Part shown: positions 30,482 through 60,195 of the stretch, piece by piece | Layout: each line of letters begins with the position of its first letter | Numbering within the stretch: the stretch's first letter is position 1 | NCBI RefSeq assembly: GCF_009914755.1 | Contig: NC_060925.1 | Reading direction: 5' to 3' (one strand) | From: the human T2T-CHM13v2.0 reference genome, Homo sapiens | Length of the DNA stretch: 64,000 nucleotides | The notes under the pieces: model-generated | The model's input: the letters and a program-made list of their open reading frames with translations, nothing else | The model's database searches: none | What the model was told of the DNA's origin: nothing | Position numbers and translations under genes: made by a program

Positions 30482-31479
30482 TGTAGGGAAAAGAAAGAGA
30501 GATCAGACGGTTACTGTGTCTATGTAGAAAAGGAAGACATAAGAAATTTCATTTTGATCTGTACCCTGAACAATTGCTTTGCCCTGAGATGCTGTTAATT
30601 TGTAACTTTAGCCCCAACCTTGAGCTCACAGAAACATGTGTTGTATGGAATCGAGGTTTAAGGGATCTAGGGCTGTGCAGGATGTGCCTTGTTTACAAAA
30701 TATTTACAGGCAGTGTGCTTGATAAAAGTCATCGCCGTTCTTCATTCTCAAGTAACCAGGGGCACAATGCACTGTGGAAAGCTGCAGGGACCTCTGCCCT
30801 GGAAAGCCAGGTATTGTCCAAGGTTTCTCCCCATGTGATAGTCTGAAATATGACCTCATGGGATGGGAAAGACCTGACCGTCCCCAAGCCCGACACCCGT
30901 GAAGGGTCTGTGCTGAGGAGGATTAGTAAAAGAGGAAGGCTTCTTGCAGCTGAGATAAGAGGAAGGCCTCTGTCTCCTGCCTGCCCCTGGGAATGCAATG
31001 TCTTGGTATAAAACCCGACTGTACATTTGTTCCATTCTGAGATAGGAGAAAAACCGCCTTGTGGCAGGAGGTGGGACATGTTGGGAGCAATGCTGCTTTG
31101 TTACTCTTTACTCCATTGAGATGTTTGGGTGGAGAAAAGCATAAATCTGGCCTATGTGCACATCCAGGCATAGAACCTTCCCTTGAACTTATTTGTGACA
31201 CAGATTCCTTTGCTCACATGTTTTCTTGCTGACCTTCTCCCCACTATCACCCTGTTCTCCTGCCACGTTCCCCTTGATGAGATAGTGAAAACAGTAATCA
31301 ATAAAAACTGAGAGAACTCAGAGACCAGTGCTAGTGCAGGTCCTCCGTATGCTGAGCGCCGGTCCCCTGGGCCCAATTTCTTTCTCTATACTTTGTCTCT
31401 GTGTCTTATTTCTTTCCTCAGTCTCTCATCCCACCTGAGGAGAAGTAACCACAGGTGTGGAGAGGCTGGCCCCACTTCA
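30482..31479 (+). mobile_element. 3' LTR (LTR5)
   Basis: TGTAGGGAAAAG...CTTCA; direct repeat of the 5' LTR, which lacks 7 bp (ACAATTG). Confidence 0.95.
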
Positions 31480-31496
31480 AGTGTATAGAATTCTGG

Positions 31497-31889
31497 TGTG
31501 ACAGGTCCCATCAGGTTACTTAAGGGTGCATGTCCCCTGCCTGAACCCTGAAGGCCAGGTGGGAAGCCAAGTCTCTTGTGCCCAGCCAAGAAGCAGGTGT
31601 CCCCGAGAACCCAAACATCCCAGACAGTATCTGAGAACCTACCAAGCAGAAGAGGCTGATTGCTCAAAATCAGTGGACAAAGAGCCAGAAAATTCACTTA
31701 AAAGCAGTTTAGAGACAGGAGGTGGCACAGATCTTTGGGGCTGTGCTGCTGCTGCCCTGGAGTGCCCTGCATGTGAATCCTAATCAACTCATTATTTGCC
31801 AAGCTGGGCTCATCTGAGTCATCCTTTGATCTCTTGGCTCCTTTCCGGTTTGGCGGGGAAAATGATACGGCCCTGGTTTTTCTCAGAGC
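31497..31889 (+). mobile_element. Solo LTR, LTR47-like (ERVL)
   Basis: TGTGACAGGTCCC...GGTTACTTAAGGGTG start, ~390 bp, CA end; family from recall. Confidence 0.65.
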
Positions 31890-31967
31890 AAGCGTGTTTT
31901 GGAATCGCACATCCTTCGAGGGCAGATAATAGTCAAGTGCCTGTGGGTGATGAGTGACTTTCCCTAT

Positions 31968-32550
31968 GGTGAGAAACCCTACACAAAGGGCATCTGAGTG
32001 AGGACCCTGCTGGGGACTCAGGTGAGAAATCCGACACGAAGGACATCCGAGTGAGGACCCTGCTCAGGACTCAGATGAGAAACCCTACAAAAAGGGCATC
32101 CGAGTGAGGACCCTGCTCAGGACTCAGATGAGAAACCCTACAAAAAGGGCATCCGAGTGAGGACCCTGCTCAGGACTCAGATGAGAAACCCTACACAAAG
32201 GATATCCAAGTGAGGACCCTGCTGAGGACTCAGGTGAGAAACCCTACACAAAGGACATCCGAGTGAGGACCCTGCTCAGGACTCAGATGAGAAACCCTAC
32301 ACAAAGGGCATCTGAGTGAGGACCCTGCTCAGGACTCAGATGAGAAACCCTACACAAAGGGCATCCAAGTGAGGACCCTGCTGAGGACTCAGGTGAGAAA
32401 CCCTACACAAAGGACATCCGAGTGAGGACCCTGCAGAGGATTCAGATGAGAAACCCTACACAAACGGCATCCAGGTGAGGACCCTGCTGAGGACTCAGGT
32501 AAGAAACCCTACACAAAGAGTATCTGAGTGAGGACCATGCTGAGAACTCA
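31968..32550. repeat. Minisatellite, 11 x 53 bp
   Basis: Unit G(G/A)TGAGAAACCCTACACAAAGG(G/A)CATCCGAGTGAGGACCCTGCT(C/G)AGGACTCA; GAGAAA recurs at 31971, 32024, 32077 ... 32501. Confidence 0.97.
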
Positions 32551-32584
32551 GGGCCTGGTGTTGTTGGGCAGGAACCTTGGGCGA

Positions 32585-32725
32585 GAGCCTCAGTTTTCCT
32601 GAAAAATGAGGATGATGATGTCCACCACCTGTGTGACCCTGGTAGAATCGAATGAGATGGGGCAACTTAAGGGCTTGGCATAGGGCCTGGCATACAGGAA
32701 GAGTGAAATTAATGCATTTTTTCTA
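32585..32725 (+). mobile_element. MIR fragment
   Basis: GCCTCAGTTTTCC...AAAATGAGGATGATGAT...CCTGGCATACAGGA core. Confidence 0.7.
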
Positions 32726-32772
32726 CTTTTTCCCTCCCAGCAGAAGCCTCCATGATTATTCATCCCTCGTTC

Positions 32773-34560
<1,788 letters not shown>

Positions 34561-34569
34561 AAATATATC

Positions 34570-35140
<571 letters not shown>

Positions 35141-35189
35141 ACACTCCAGTAACGTGAGACTCTAGCACATGTTGAGTGGCAGTGGTCAC

Positions 35190-35940
<751 letters not shown>

Positions 35941-36320
35941 ACCTGCGATTTTCAGTGATTGGTTAGAGAGCTGACAAATCACCATCTCTTTAGAGTCACC
36001 CACTAGATTTCTGCTTTGTCATTTTGGGGAGGTCACAGTTTCCTATTTGCTCTAGTTTGTTGTAGATATAGATCTGTATTTTTGCACTGAAGGAAGAATG
36101 ATTTACTCCAGTTTTCTCTGTCTGGCTTGCTTTGGTTTGGACTGAATACATTCCCTTAGTGAATCTTCACCACTAGGTTGCTGCTTCCTTCTTGGCTCCA
36201 GGTGGTGGCTTAAGCCCAGGTTTACCTAAGTTTTAGTAAACCTCAAGAGTGCTGCCAGTCCCAAATGGGGAAAGTCCCAAAGGGATTCTCATGGCAGTGT
36301 AGGAGCGCTAGCTAGGTCAA

Positions 36321-36792
36321 GCCCAGGTTTTCCTGCTTCTTGATAAGGAGAGAAGGGAGGTGTGATAGGAAGATCTCTCACTGAAATGAGTTAGTTTCCA
36401 AAAGGATGTATATTTCCATTAATATGGACTGGAAATATTTAGAATGTATTATCCACCTAAATGATTTTAGCATTATTCTAAAAGAGAAATTGATTATCTT
36501 TACTGGACACAATCACTTTAATTCAGTAAACCCCACTAGTCACCATGAGGACAGGTCAGTGCCCTGGTTTTCCTATTTTTTGATAAGGAGAGAAGGGAGG
36601 TGTTACAGGAAGATGTCTCATTGAAATGAGTTAATTTCCAAAAGGATGCATACTGATGTGGGCTAGAAATATTTAGAATGTGTTATCTACCTAAATGATT
36701 TTAGCATTTTTCTAAGAGAAATTGGACATCTTTACTACACACAATTACATTAATTCAGTAAAACCCACTAGCCACCATGAGGACAGGCAAGT
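36321..36792. repeat. Diverged ~240-bp tandem duplication
   Basis: TTGATAAGGAGAGAAGGGAGGTGT at ~36340 and ~36580; CACCATGAGGACAGG ends both units. Confidence 0.9.
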
Positions 36793-37140
36793 GTTGGTGA
36801 TGCCATGAGGCTCCCACTAGTACACACTATGGCCATTCCCTCCCAAGGCAGGGGGCCTCACCTTGTGCAGTGAAGCCCTTTCCTGACATGGCCAATGATC
36901 AGGAACCGATTCTCCCAGATCTGCCCATTGGGAGTGAGCAGGGTCTCAGTATCTGGGGAGCAGTGAGGGCCCCTGACAAGAAGAGGGTTGACTCAATGGT
37001 TCATCATCACTGCCCACACAGAATGTTCCAGGTCCCAGGCATGCATCTTTTGTGGATGAACCCAGTAAATAACCACAGGAGAAAGTAAGGAAGAGATGAC
37101 TTGGAGAGGTAAAGAATGGGCATAAATTAATCAAAGTTTA

Positions 37141-37715
<575 letters not shown>

Positions 37716-38340
37716 TTATTTTGATTCCTTTATTTCCTGCGGATGAACTTAAATCACAGATGAACTAGTACCTCTTTTTTTAATTCATCAGGAACTAAAG
37801 ATTTCTGATGTATAAATTGCTGAAACAGGCTAATCAATCATGAAGGACAGCAGAGAGTTTCCATTTAGGTTCCCTTTACTTCCGACGTTTCTTTGTATCC
37901 ATCCTTGCTGAGATAACTCCTTCACTCTAGAACTTCAGGTTCTATTTCTGACTGTCTAGGACACAGATCCCTGAGTCTCAGTGACTCCATTCAACCTTTT
38001 CCCCAGTGCTGCCCCCTGCTGGGTTTTTTTGTGTTTTTTTTCCCACTCACAGAAAGCACATGCCTGAAACAGAGGTTTCTCTGCTCCCTTTATAATACAC
38101 CTATAGACCCGGCACAGCTGCTTATGCCTGTAATCCCAGAATCTTGGGAGGCCAAGCAGGGGGCTCCCTTAAGCGTAAGAGTTTGAGACCAGCCTGGACA
38201 ACATAGGGAAACCCTGTCTCAAATTTTTAAATAAAAGCTGTAAAATTGTAAAATAAGGAAAAAGAAAAATAAAAGATATCTATGTCCTAGATTTTAGTTT
38301 CCAAGTGCCTGGAGAAAAAGCTTTTTATACCTCCACCCCA

Positions 38341-38914
38341 CTAGGCAGGCCTTCCCCGCAAGCAAAAATTGAACTCCAGTTGCTCAGTGGGTGACATGCC
38401 ACAGCAAGGGCAGGAGACGGGACCAAAGAAGATCCTGTTGGGCTCCCTTACTTCCCTCAGTATACGCATCAGCTCAGCCTGAAGTGGGGTGAGGAGCTCC
38501 GAAATGACACGACCCCTGTTGTCAAGACTCTCCCGAGGGGCAGGATATGTTTCCAGGCTCAAATTGCTCAGCCTGCCTGTGTGGCGCAGCAGGTCCTTCA
38601 GACCATCCATGGACGTGTCATTGCCGTGAAAGCAGAAAGTGGTGAGGTTGGAGCAGCGGCTCAGGGCAGGCAGGATGACCCTGAGTTTGGAGTCCCCAAT
38701 CCCACAGTCCACTAAGAAGAGGGTCTGAAGAGTGGCAGCAACTTTCTCTAGCAGAGCTCGGAGGGGCTCAAGACGGATGAAGCGCAGTGTACCATGACTC
38801 AGATTCAGCTGCTTCAGTTGACTGAGACTTGGGTACCAGGGCAGACATTTCAAGTCCTCTTCATCTAGGGAGCCATAAGTTAATGCCAATGTCTCCAACG
38901 GGCTCTTGAGGCAC
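38341..38914 (-). CDS. PRAMEF19: PRAMEF19-like (or PRAMEF18-type duplicate), last coding exon (574 nt)
   Basis: ccccag|GTGCCTC; [13 protein letters not shown]...[10 protein letters not shown]; 287+579+574 nt give 479 aa. Confidence 0.9.
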
Positions 38915-39922
38915 CTGGGGAGAGCAAGAAGTTAGTACTGGGCAATGGCACCAGTTAGAGGACGGTGGTAGAAAATAACGTCAAGGGAAGAGCCTGTTTT
39001 GCCCAAACACAAGTTTGTTCTCATCATCTAATCATGGTCCTCCCGCAAGGTGCTGCCTGATGAGGACTTGGATCATTCAGAGGCAGTCCCATTTTAGGCT
39101 CAGTCCTTTCACCATCACTGGTGTGATTGGTTCAAGGCCATAAAATCTCTAAAGCCTCTTTTCTTCATCTTCCAGCAGAAAGCTTCATCTCTGGGCCACA
39201 GGAGCCCAGTGGAAGAGATGCCCAAAGAACTGACCTGAGCAAGGTCTAGGGACATCAGCTAGGGCTACCTGCTTTCAGAGGCTCCCTGACATGGCCACAT
39301 CTGCAAACCACCTGTCACTTTGTACCACTCTCGTGCCTACTCCCTCACCTCCATCCCCAGAAGCACGCATTTCCCATGTCAATTACCTTTCCTGGAGTTC
39401 AAAACAACCTTTTACAGACAGGGAATCAGAGAGAGGATCATTCACGTTCACTAAGCTGTGAGGACAGAGCTTCCTCTGTGAAACGCACAGGTTTGGTGCA
39501 CTTTCTCTTCTTTTACACCCTCCCCTCTGTTGCCTCTTTTTTATCATATTAACTTTAAACACACTTCCTAACAAGGAATTCACAAAAGCTATTCATACTT
39601 ATCATATTAACTTTAAACACACTTCCTAACAAGGAATTCCTAAAAGGAATTCACCCTCACTGGAGCTGAACCCCCCACTAACCAGCTCCCTACACGATGT
39701 CCCTCTCTGTAGCGTCTATGCCAGGTCATCCCTCTGCCCTTACTGGAGCGATCCTGTGATACCCACTTCAGGATATAGAGCACCAAACAGGACAATGCAT
39801 TCTAGTATCCCCTTCCCTGGACATCTCCAGTGGCTGGCACACAGTAGATGCTGACTAGTGTTTACTGTAACAAAAAAAGGCTGTGCTGTGTCCCCCAGAG
39901 AAAGCTCACCATCTTTCCTCAC

Positions 39923-40501
39923 CTGATCAGCTGGTCCAGGTAGCCTTCGAAGAAGCGGATCCTTCTCATATAAAGCATCTGGAGGTACTCCAGCCTGAGG
40001 AACACAGAGCTGAATTCAGCAACTAACTGTCCTTGGCTCTCAAAGCTTGGCAGGTAACCACAGCCATCGGAGATGAAGAGTTTTCGAAGATTCTTCATCT
40101 GGCTCAGGTAACGGCTAACCTCTGCTACCATACACGGCCAGCACATGTTCCAAATTTCCAATACTTGGATACTGTCTGGGTATACTGTTTCTAATATGTT
40201 TCTGAAATTTAGAATGTTCATTGAATAATTTACCACCTTAGTACAGCACAGGTGTACTGAACGTCTTCTGTGCTGCACCCACCCAGAGAAGAAGCTCAGA
40301 TCTTCATCCACGGATTTTTCCTTGAGGCAAACATCCATGAACACCTTCAAGGGCTGCTTCTCTCCTGTCCTTGGACAGTCCTCCACTGTCTGTCTCTTAC
40401 TCATGGCCTCTGGGGAGCAGGACAGGGGCCTGGCTCCAGACCATATGGTCCAAAAATTCTCATCAACATCCCGCATTTCCAGCACTTGAAGTTTCCACCT
40501 C
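39923..40501 (-). CDS. PRAMEF19: PRAMEF19-like, middle coding exon (579 nt)
   Basis: tcacag|GAGGTGG ... ATCAG|gtgagg; RWKLQVLEMRDVDENFW...YLDQLIR. Confidence 0.9.
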
Positions 40502-40887
40502 CTGTGAGTAACATAGGGGAAAAGCTCAGAACGTAGACAAGGACCCACCCCTGACCTGGGCTTTCACTCCACATCAAGGACTTCAGCTGCTTTTTTCCTC
40601 AGCGCCCCTCCTTCTGTCTCTTCTCCATCCCTTTCCCCCTTGGATTCTGCCTGGTACCCACTTCTAGTGCCTTTACCTTCCACTGGGAGCAGGCAGGTTC
40701 CTGTTTCCTCAGTGGACCCTGTATGGTGAGCAGTCCTTTCCCAGAGGAGCTGGGCAATAGCCAAGAACGTTCCCAGCTTTCTCACTGGCACCATCAGAAG
40801 CCCCTGGGCCACCCCAGGTTCCCAATTTGTCTGACCCAGCTGCTTAGTCCCTGGACACCTGGGCCCTCCCCACCTGGGTCACCTCAC

Positions 40888-43977
<3,090 letters not shown>

Positions 43978-44158
43978 CTACAACACAAAATATTTGGAGT
44001 GAAGAGATAAAACTGCATTAGAGAAAAAATTAAAGCCTACATCTGTTCATCTGAAAAACAGGCAGGAAAATTCTCTGTGCCACCTTGGCCTTCATGTCGC
44101 CATCTCTACTGGCTGACTGTGGGTCATAGGAGTGCCCTTGTGAAGGTCCCTGACTTAC

Positions 44159-44245
44159 CAGATCTGGACTCACTTTGCAGTCTGCTCAGACCTCTTGGAG
44201 AACCAAGCAATAACTCCAGGCACCACAGCTCGGGGTCTCTTCTGT
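44159..44245 (-). other. Putative non-coding exon 1 of the PRAMEF19-like gene
   Basis: Paralog of 16264-16345; donor CTG|GTAAGT at 44158. Confidence 0.6.
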
Positions 44246-44272
44246 GGATGTTCACAAGCTTTCTTGGACCTT

Positions 44273-44445
44273 TCTCTTTTTTTTTCAGACGGAGTTTCGC
44301 TCTTGTTGCCCGGTTTGGAGTGCAATGGCGTGGTATCGGCTCTCCGCAACCTCCACCTCCTGGGTTCAAGTGATTCTCCTGTCTCAGCGTTCAAAGTAGC
44401 TGGAATTACAGGAATGCGCCACCACACCTGGACAGCGCCCAGCAC
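44273..44445 (-). mobile_element. Monomer-length Alu inserted in the PRAMEF19 promoter
   Basis: 14-bp TSD CTTTCTTGGACCTT at 44259-44272 and 44446-44459. Confidence 0.88.
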
Positions 44446-44620
44446 CTTTCTTGGACCTTCCTAATCCCACCTCCCTTATCAACTTCCAGATTCCTATTAG
44501 AAAGTGATGCCTGATTGGATTTCTGAATTCCACCCAGTTAAGCCTGATTGAAGTTTCGGCTTTCTGCAGAATAATGGATTGAATCAGATATCCAATCATG
44601 AAACTGAAAGCACTGTAATT
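44446..44620 (-). promoter_or_regulatory. PRAMEF promoter module with DUX4-like motifs
   Basis: Paralog of 16365-16545; TGATTGGATTT 44512, TGATTGAAGTT 44545, GGATTGAATCA 44576. Confidence 0.55.
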
Positions 44621-44989
44621 AGGGTGGAAGTCAAGAACTCATTTTGATGATTTTGACGTGACCAAAGAACTCCCAACCATAATATTTTCAGGTTTTGCTT
44701 TTCTGTCTAATCTCAGGAATAGTTTGAACCCTTCCCTGTCTTCCACTCAGGACTAGGAAGGTCACATATTACTACCACTCCATCTCTGTTTGTGGAGGGC
44801 ATTAATGAGTGAATTCTTGACTTCCACCCTAACCCTAACAAACACTGATGGAATTTACCAGTATGTGACCTTCTTTGTCCTAAGTGTGAGACACAGAACT
44901 CTCACTCTGTTCCTGACATTAGACAGAAAAACAAAACCTAAAAAAATTAATGTTGGGGAAACCTTTGGCCCCATCAAAATTATCAAAAT

Positions 44990-49635
<4,646 letters not shown>

Positions 49636-49769
49636 TTAGCTAATTTTAGTTTCAAGATAACATTTGTTCATTCAACCTTTGTAGAAGGCTGAGAAAAATG
49701 AGGGCAATGGTAGTGCCACTAAATTTGTAAAATCTTCTTTAAGTGTTTGATAACCTGTCCAGTAAAGTG

Positions 49770-50710
49770 TGTTCCTGAGACAGGATTGTTCCCTTGACTT
49801 TGACCTTCTTCATGGGCAGGAACTAGAGTGGCTTGTTTCACTCCGGCTGCAGTCTGTGGATGGCTGAGTGTGAACAGCTCAGTGTAGGGTCAGAGTGACA
49901 GCTTCCCGCACCTGCCCTTTTTGACACTCAAGTTCTTATTCGGTGTAAAGGAAGAACCAGGTCACATTAGCTATTTAAAGAGTAGCATAAGTGAAGGATT
50001 TTATTGGGTGATAAATGTGGCTCTCAGTGGAAAGGGGAGTTAGAAAGGGGATGGTGCTGCCAGGCGCAGTGGCTCAAGCCTGTAATCCCAGCACTTTGGG
50101 AGGCTGTAGGAGGCTGAGGCAGATGGATCACCTGAGGTCAGGAGCTCGAGACCAGCCTGGCCAACATGGTGAAACCCCATCTCAACTAAAATTGCAAAAA
50201 AATTAGCTGGGCGTGGTGGCGGGTGACTGTAATCCAAGCTACTTGGGAGGCTGAGGCAGGAGAATCTCTTAAGCCCAGGAGGCAGAGCTTGCAGTGAGCA
50301 GTGAGCTGAGATCACGCCACTGCACTCCAGCCTGGGCAACAGAGTGAGACTCCGTCTCCAAAAAAAAAAAAAAAAAAAGAAAGGGGATGGTGCAGCAAGA
50401 AGGTGATCTTCCCCTGAAGCCACACCATCTGAAGTTAGCTGCATCTCTCTGTAGGCTTTAATGCTCATCTGCTTGTATCCCCAACGTTCAGTCACTTGTA
50501 TTCCGATGCTCAGCATCTTGCATCCCCGACCACTTGCAGCAGCCGCTTGTGTTGCTCTGCCAGCTGGTCTTTTTATGGGCCCAGGATAGGGTGTGGGGAA
50601 GGCCAAAAGGGCAATCATTTGGGCAGAAAAATGGGGTTAGCTGTTTTCACTTAGGGCCGAGTTTCCAGGATTGAGGGTGGGTTTAGTTGGGAGCCCAGCT
50701 GTTCTGAATC
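49770..50710 (-). mobile_element. ERV1 LTR (LTR27/LTR1-like) split by an Alu
   Basis: TTTATT and TTTTAT on +; Alu ~50058-50377 with 16-bp TSD AGAAAGGGGATGGTGC (50042-50057, 50378-50393). Confidence 0.6.
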
Positions 50711-50797
50711 ATTTCCTTATTGCTGGCCAACAAGGTAAAACCCTGTCTCTACCGAAAATTAGCTGGGTGTGGTGGGGGATGCCCGTAGTTCCAGCTA

Positions 50798-51001
<204 letters not shown>

Positions 51002-51029
51002 TTATGGAAAAATTCCTGCTTTCTAGAGC

Positions 51030-52508
<1,479 letters not shown>

Positions 52509-52629
52509 TAAAGCTCTCCCTTCCAAACTTAAAATGAATAAGTAGTAAAATAAATGATACATACCAACAGAACACGGTATATAATAAATACACACATATA
52601 ATATGTAAGCAGTAGAAAAATATAATACT

Positions 52630-54052
<1,423 letters not shown>

Positions 54053-54396
54053 GTAAAATGAAGGCATATGTACCTTCCACCCACTTTAGGGCCACCTGTC
54101 TCTCCACTCTTCTCCTTCCAATCCCATCCACCTATGTGTCTTCCAACAATTTATAAAAATGACCAAAGGGACAATGAAAATGGTTTTAACATTTGAATAT
54201 CAACCAAACATGCATGATTGGGCCAGGCGCAGTGGCTCACGCCTGCACTCCCAACAACTTTGGGAGGCCGAGGTGGGCAGATCACCAGAGATCACAAGTT
54301 CAAGACCAGCCTGGGCAACATGGGAAACGCTGTCTCTAGTAAAAATACAAAACTTAGCAAAGCGTGGTGGTGCACATTTGTAATCCCAGCCACTCA

Positions 54397-54564
<168 letters not shown>

Positions 54565-54989
54565 TTAAACAAATAAATAGAATAAAAGCACCAGAAAATG
54601 ATCATCTTAACTGATGTAGGAAAAACATTTGAAAAAATTCAATGACTCATTCAGGATTTTAAAAATATTCTCAGCAAAATAAGAAAATAATTCCTCAATA
54701 TGAATTCCTCAATGGGATTACAGACACACACCACCCACCTTATCAGTCAGTCCCTTAGTAAATTCCATCAGTGTTTGTTAGGATTAGGGTGGAAGTCAAG
54801 AATTCATTCATTAATGCCCTCCACAGAGAATGAGTTGTACTAATATGTGACCTTCCTATTTTTGAGTTTGAGACAGGGAAGGGTTCAATCTGTTCCTGAG
54901 ATTAGACAGAAAAACAAAACCTGAAAGCTTTATGGTTCAGAGATCTTTGGCTGGATCAACGTTATCAAAATGAATTCTTGACTTGCGTT

Positions 54990-55165
54990 CTAATCCCAAC
55001 ACTTTCAATTTCATGATTGGATATCCAAGGGATTGAATGGACACCTGAATTCACAGGCTTAACTGGGTGGAGCTTCAGAAATCCAATCAGGCATCACTCT
55101 CTGATGGGAAGCTGGTGGTTGAAAAGGGGAGGTGTGATGAGAAAGGTTCAAGAAAGCTTGTGAGC
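54990..55165 (+). promoter_or_regulatory. PRAMEF promoter module of the PRAMEF17-like gene
   Basis: Inverted paralog of 44446-44620; AAATCCAATCA at 55079-55089. Confidence 0.55.
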
Positions 55166-55169
55166 ACCC

Positions 55170-55256
55170 CCAGAAGAGACCCAGAGCTGTGGTGCCTGGA
55201 GTTACTGCTTGGTTCTCCACGAGATCCGAGCATACTGCAAAGTGAGTCCAGATCTG
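55170..55256 (+). other. Putative non-coding exon 1 of the PRAMEF17-like gene
   Basis: CCCAGAAGAGACCC...CTGCAAAGTGAGTCCAGATCTG|GTAAGT, paralog of the other two first exons. Confidence 0.6.
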
Positions 55257-55369
55257 GTAAGTCAGGGACCTCCACAAAGGGCACTCCTATGACCCAAAGT
55301 CAGACAGTCGGGATTACGACACGCAGGTCAAGATGACACAGAGAATTCTCCTGCCTGTTTTTCAGATGA

Positions 55370-58578
<3,209 letters not shown>

Positions 58579-58933
58579 AGAAGACATTTTGTTTTCTCAA
58601 AAAAGTGGAGATCTGAGCTTCAAAGATCCTTGGTAACACTTCCCAGTGCTATCAGTGTAGTGGTGCAGTGGCTAATAATTCATGGACCCTATAGGAGGGA
58701 TCTTGCCTGCTCTTTAGAGGTTGGGACACACTCTTCTTGGTACCAGAAGGGCAGAACTATGCCTCTGTGGCCACTTATTGCAGAATGGAATTGGAGTAAA
58801 CTGAGGGCCCTTTCACACATGCTAGAGAACTGACTTTGGCCCTAGGAGAAGTGGGGGTTGCAGGGGATTGGCCTGAGAAACTTGCCTTTTCACTGGATTG
58901 TCCTCTAGAGTTTTTCACTGGAGATTTGTCAGA

Positions 58934-59220
58934 ATGAGCCTCCAGTCCCCATCCAGACTCCTGGAGCTGGCAGGCCAGAGCCTGCTGAGGAACCAGTTCT
59001 TGACCATCTTCATCCTGGACGAGCTGCCCAGGGAGGTCTTCCCTCTGATGTTCATGGAGGCCTCCAGCATGAGACATTTTGAGGCCCTGAAGCTGATGGT
59101 GCAGGCCTGGCCCTTCCTCCGCCTCCCTCTGGGATCCCTGATGAAGACACCTCATCTGGAGACCTTGCAAGCTGTGCTGAAGGGACTTGATACACTGCTG
59201 GCCCAGAAGCTTCGCCCCAG
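58934..59220 (+). CDS. PRAMEF17: PRAMEF17-like (or duplicate PRAMEF16), first coding exon (287 nt)
   Basis: [21 protein letters not shown]...KLRPR; donor CCCAG|gtgagg. Confidence 0.9.
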
Positions 59221-59616
59221 GTGAGGTGACTCAGGTGGCCTGGTGGGAAGGGTCCAGGCATCCAGGGAAGGGACAGCTGGCTCAGGAGGAGTGGTGGGGT
59301 TGGGGAGCTAGGGTGGCTCAGAGGCTTCTGATGGTGCCCATGAGAGGCCTTGACCATTGCCCAGATCCTCTGGAAAAGGACTGCTCACCATACAGGGTCC
59401 ACTGAGGAAACAGGAACCTGCTTCCTCCCAGTGGAAGGTAAAGGTTCTAGAAGTGAGAACCAGGCAGAATCCAAGGGGGAGCGGGATGGAGAAGAGACAG
59501 AAGGAGGAGCACTGAGGACAGGAGCAGCTGACTGATGTCCTGGATGTTGAGTGAAAGCTCAGGTCAGGGGTGGGTCTTTGCCTACATTCTGAGCTTTTCC
59601 CCTATGTTACTCACAG

Positions 59617-60195
59617 GAGGTGGAAACTTCAAGTGCTGGATTTGCGGGATGTTGATGGGAATTTCTGGACTATATGGTCTGGAGCCAGGGCCCTCTCCTG
59701 CTCCCCAGAGGCCATGAGTAAGAGGCAGACAGTGGAGGACTATCCAAGGACGGGAGAGCACCAGCCCTTGAAGGTGTTCATAGACCTCTGCCAAAAGGAA
59801 AGTACACTGGATGAATGCCTGAGCTACCTCTGCAGGTGGATCCACTACAGAAGAGGTCTAGTGCACCTGTGTTGTAATAAGGTGCAGAATTACTCAATGC
59901 CCACTTCAAGTTTCAGAAATTTATTGAAAAGGGTATACCCAGACAGTATCCAGGAGTTGGAAATTAAGAGAAAGTGCTCTCTGAATAAAACAGGAAAGTT
60001 TGCCCCTTACTTGAGCCAGATGAGCAATCTTCGCAAACTCTTTTTAGCCTTCGGTTATGACGATGAGTTATATGTAAGCGGCCAACAGCAGTTCGTTCCT
60101 GACTTGGACTGTCCATTCCTCTGCCTGTACTACCCTCAGATGCTTTATATAAGAAAGATCAGTAATATCAAAGAGCACCTGGAGCACCTGCTCAG
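59617..60195 (+). CDS. PRAMEF17: PRAMEF17-like, middle coding exon (579 nt)
   Basis: tcacag|GAGGTGG ... CTCAG|gtaaga. Confidence 0.9.

Noticed and set aside
31968-32550. CRISPR-like regularly spaced repeats
   Set aside because: Units are contiguous with no unique spacers, there are no cas genes, and the DNA is human; it is a minisatellite
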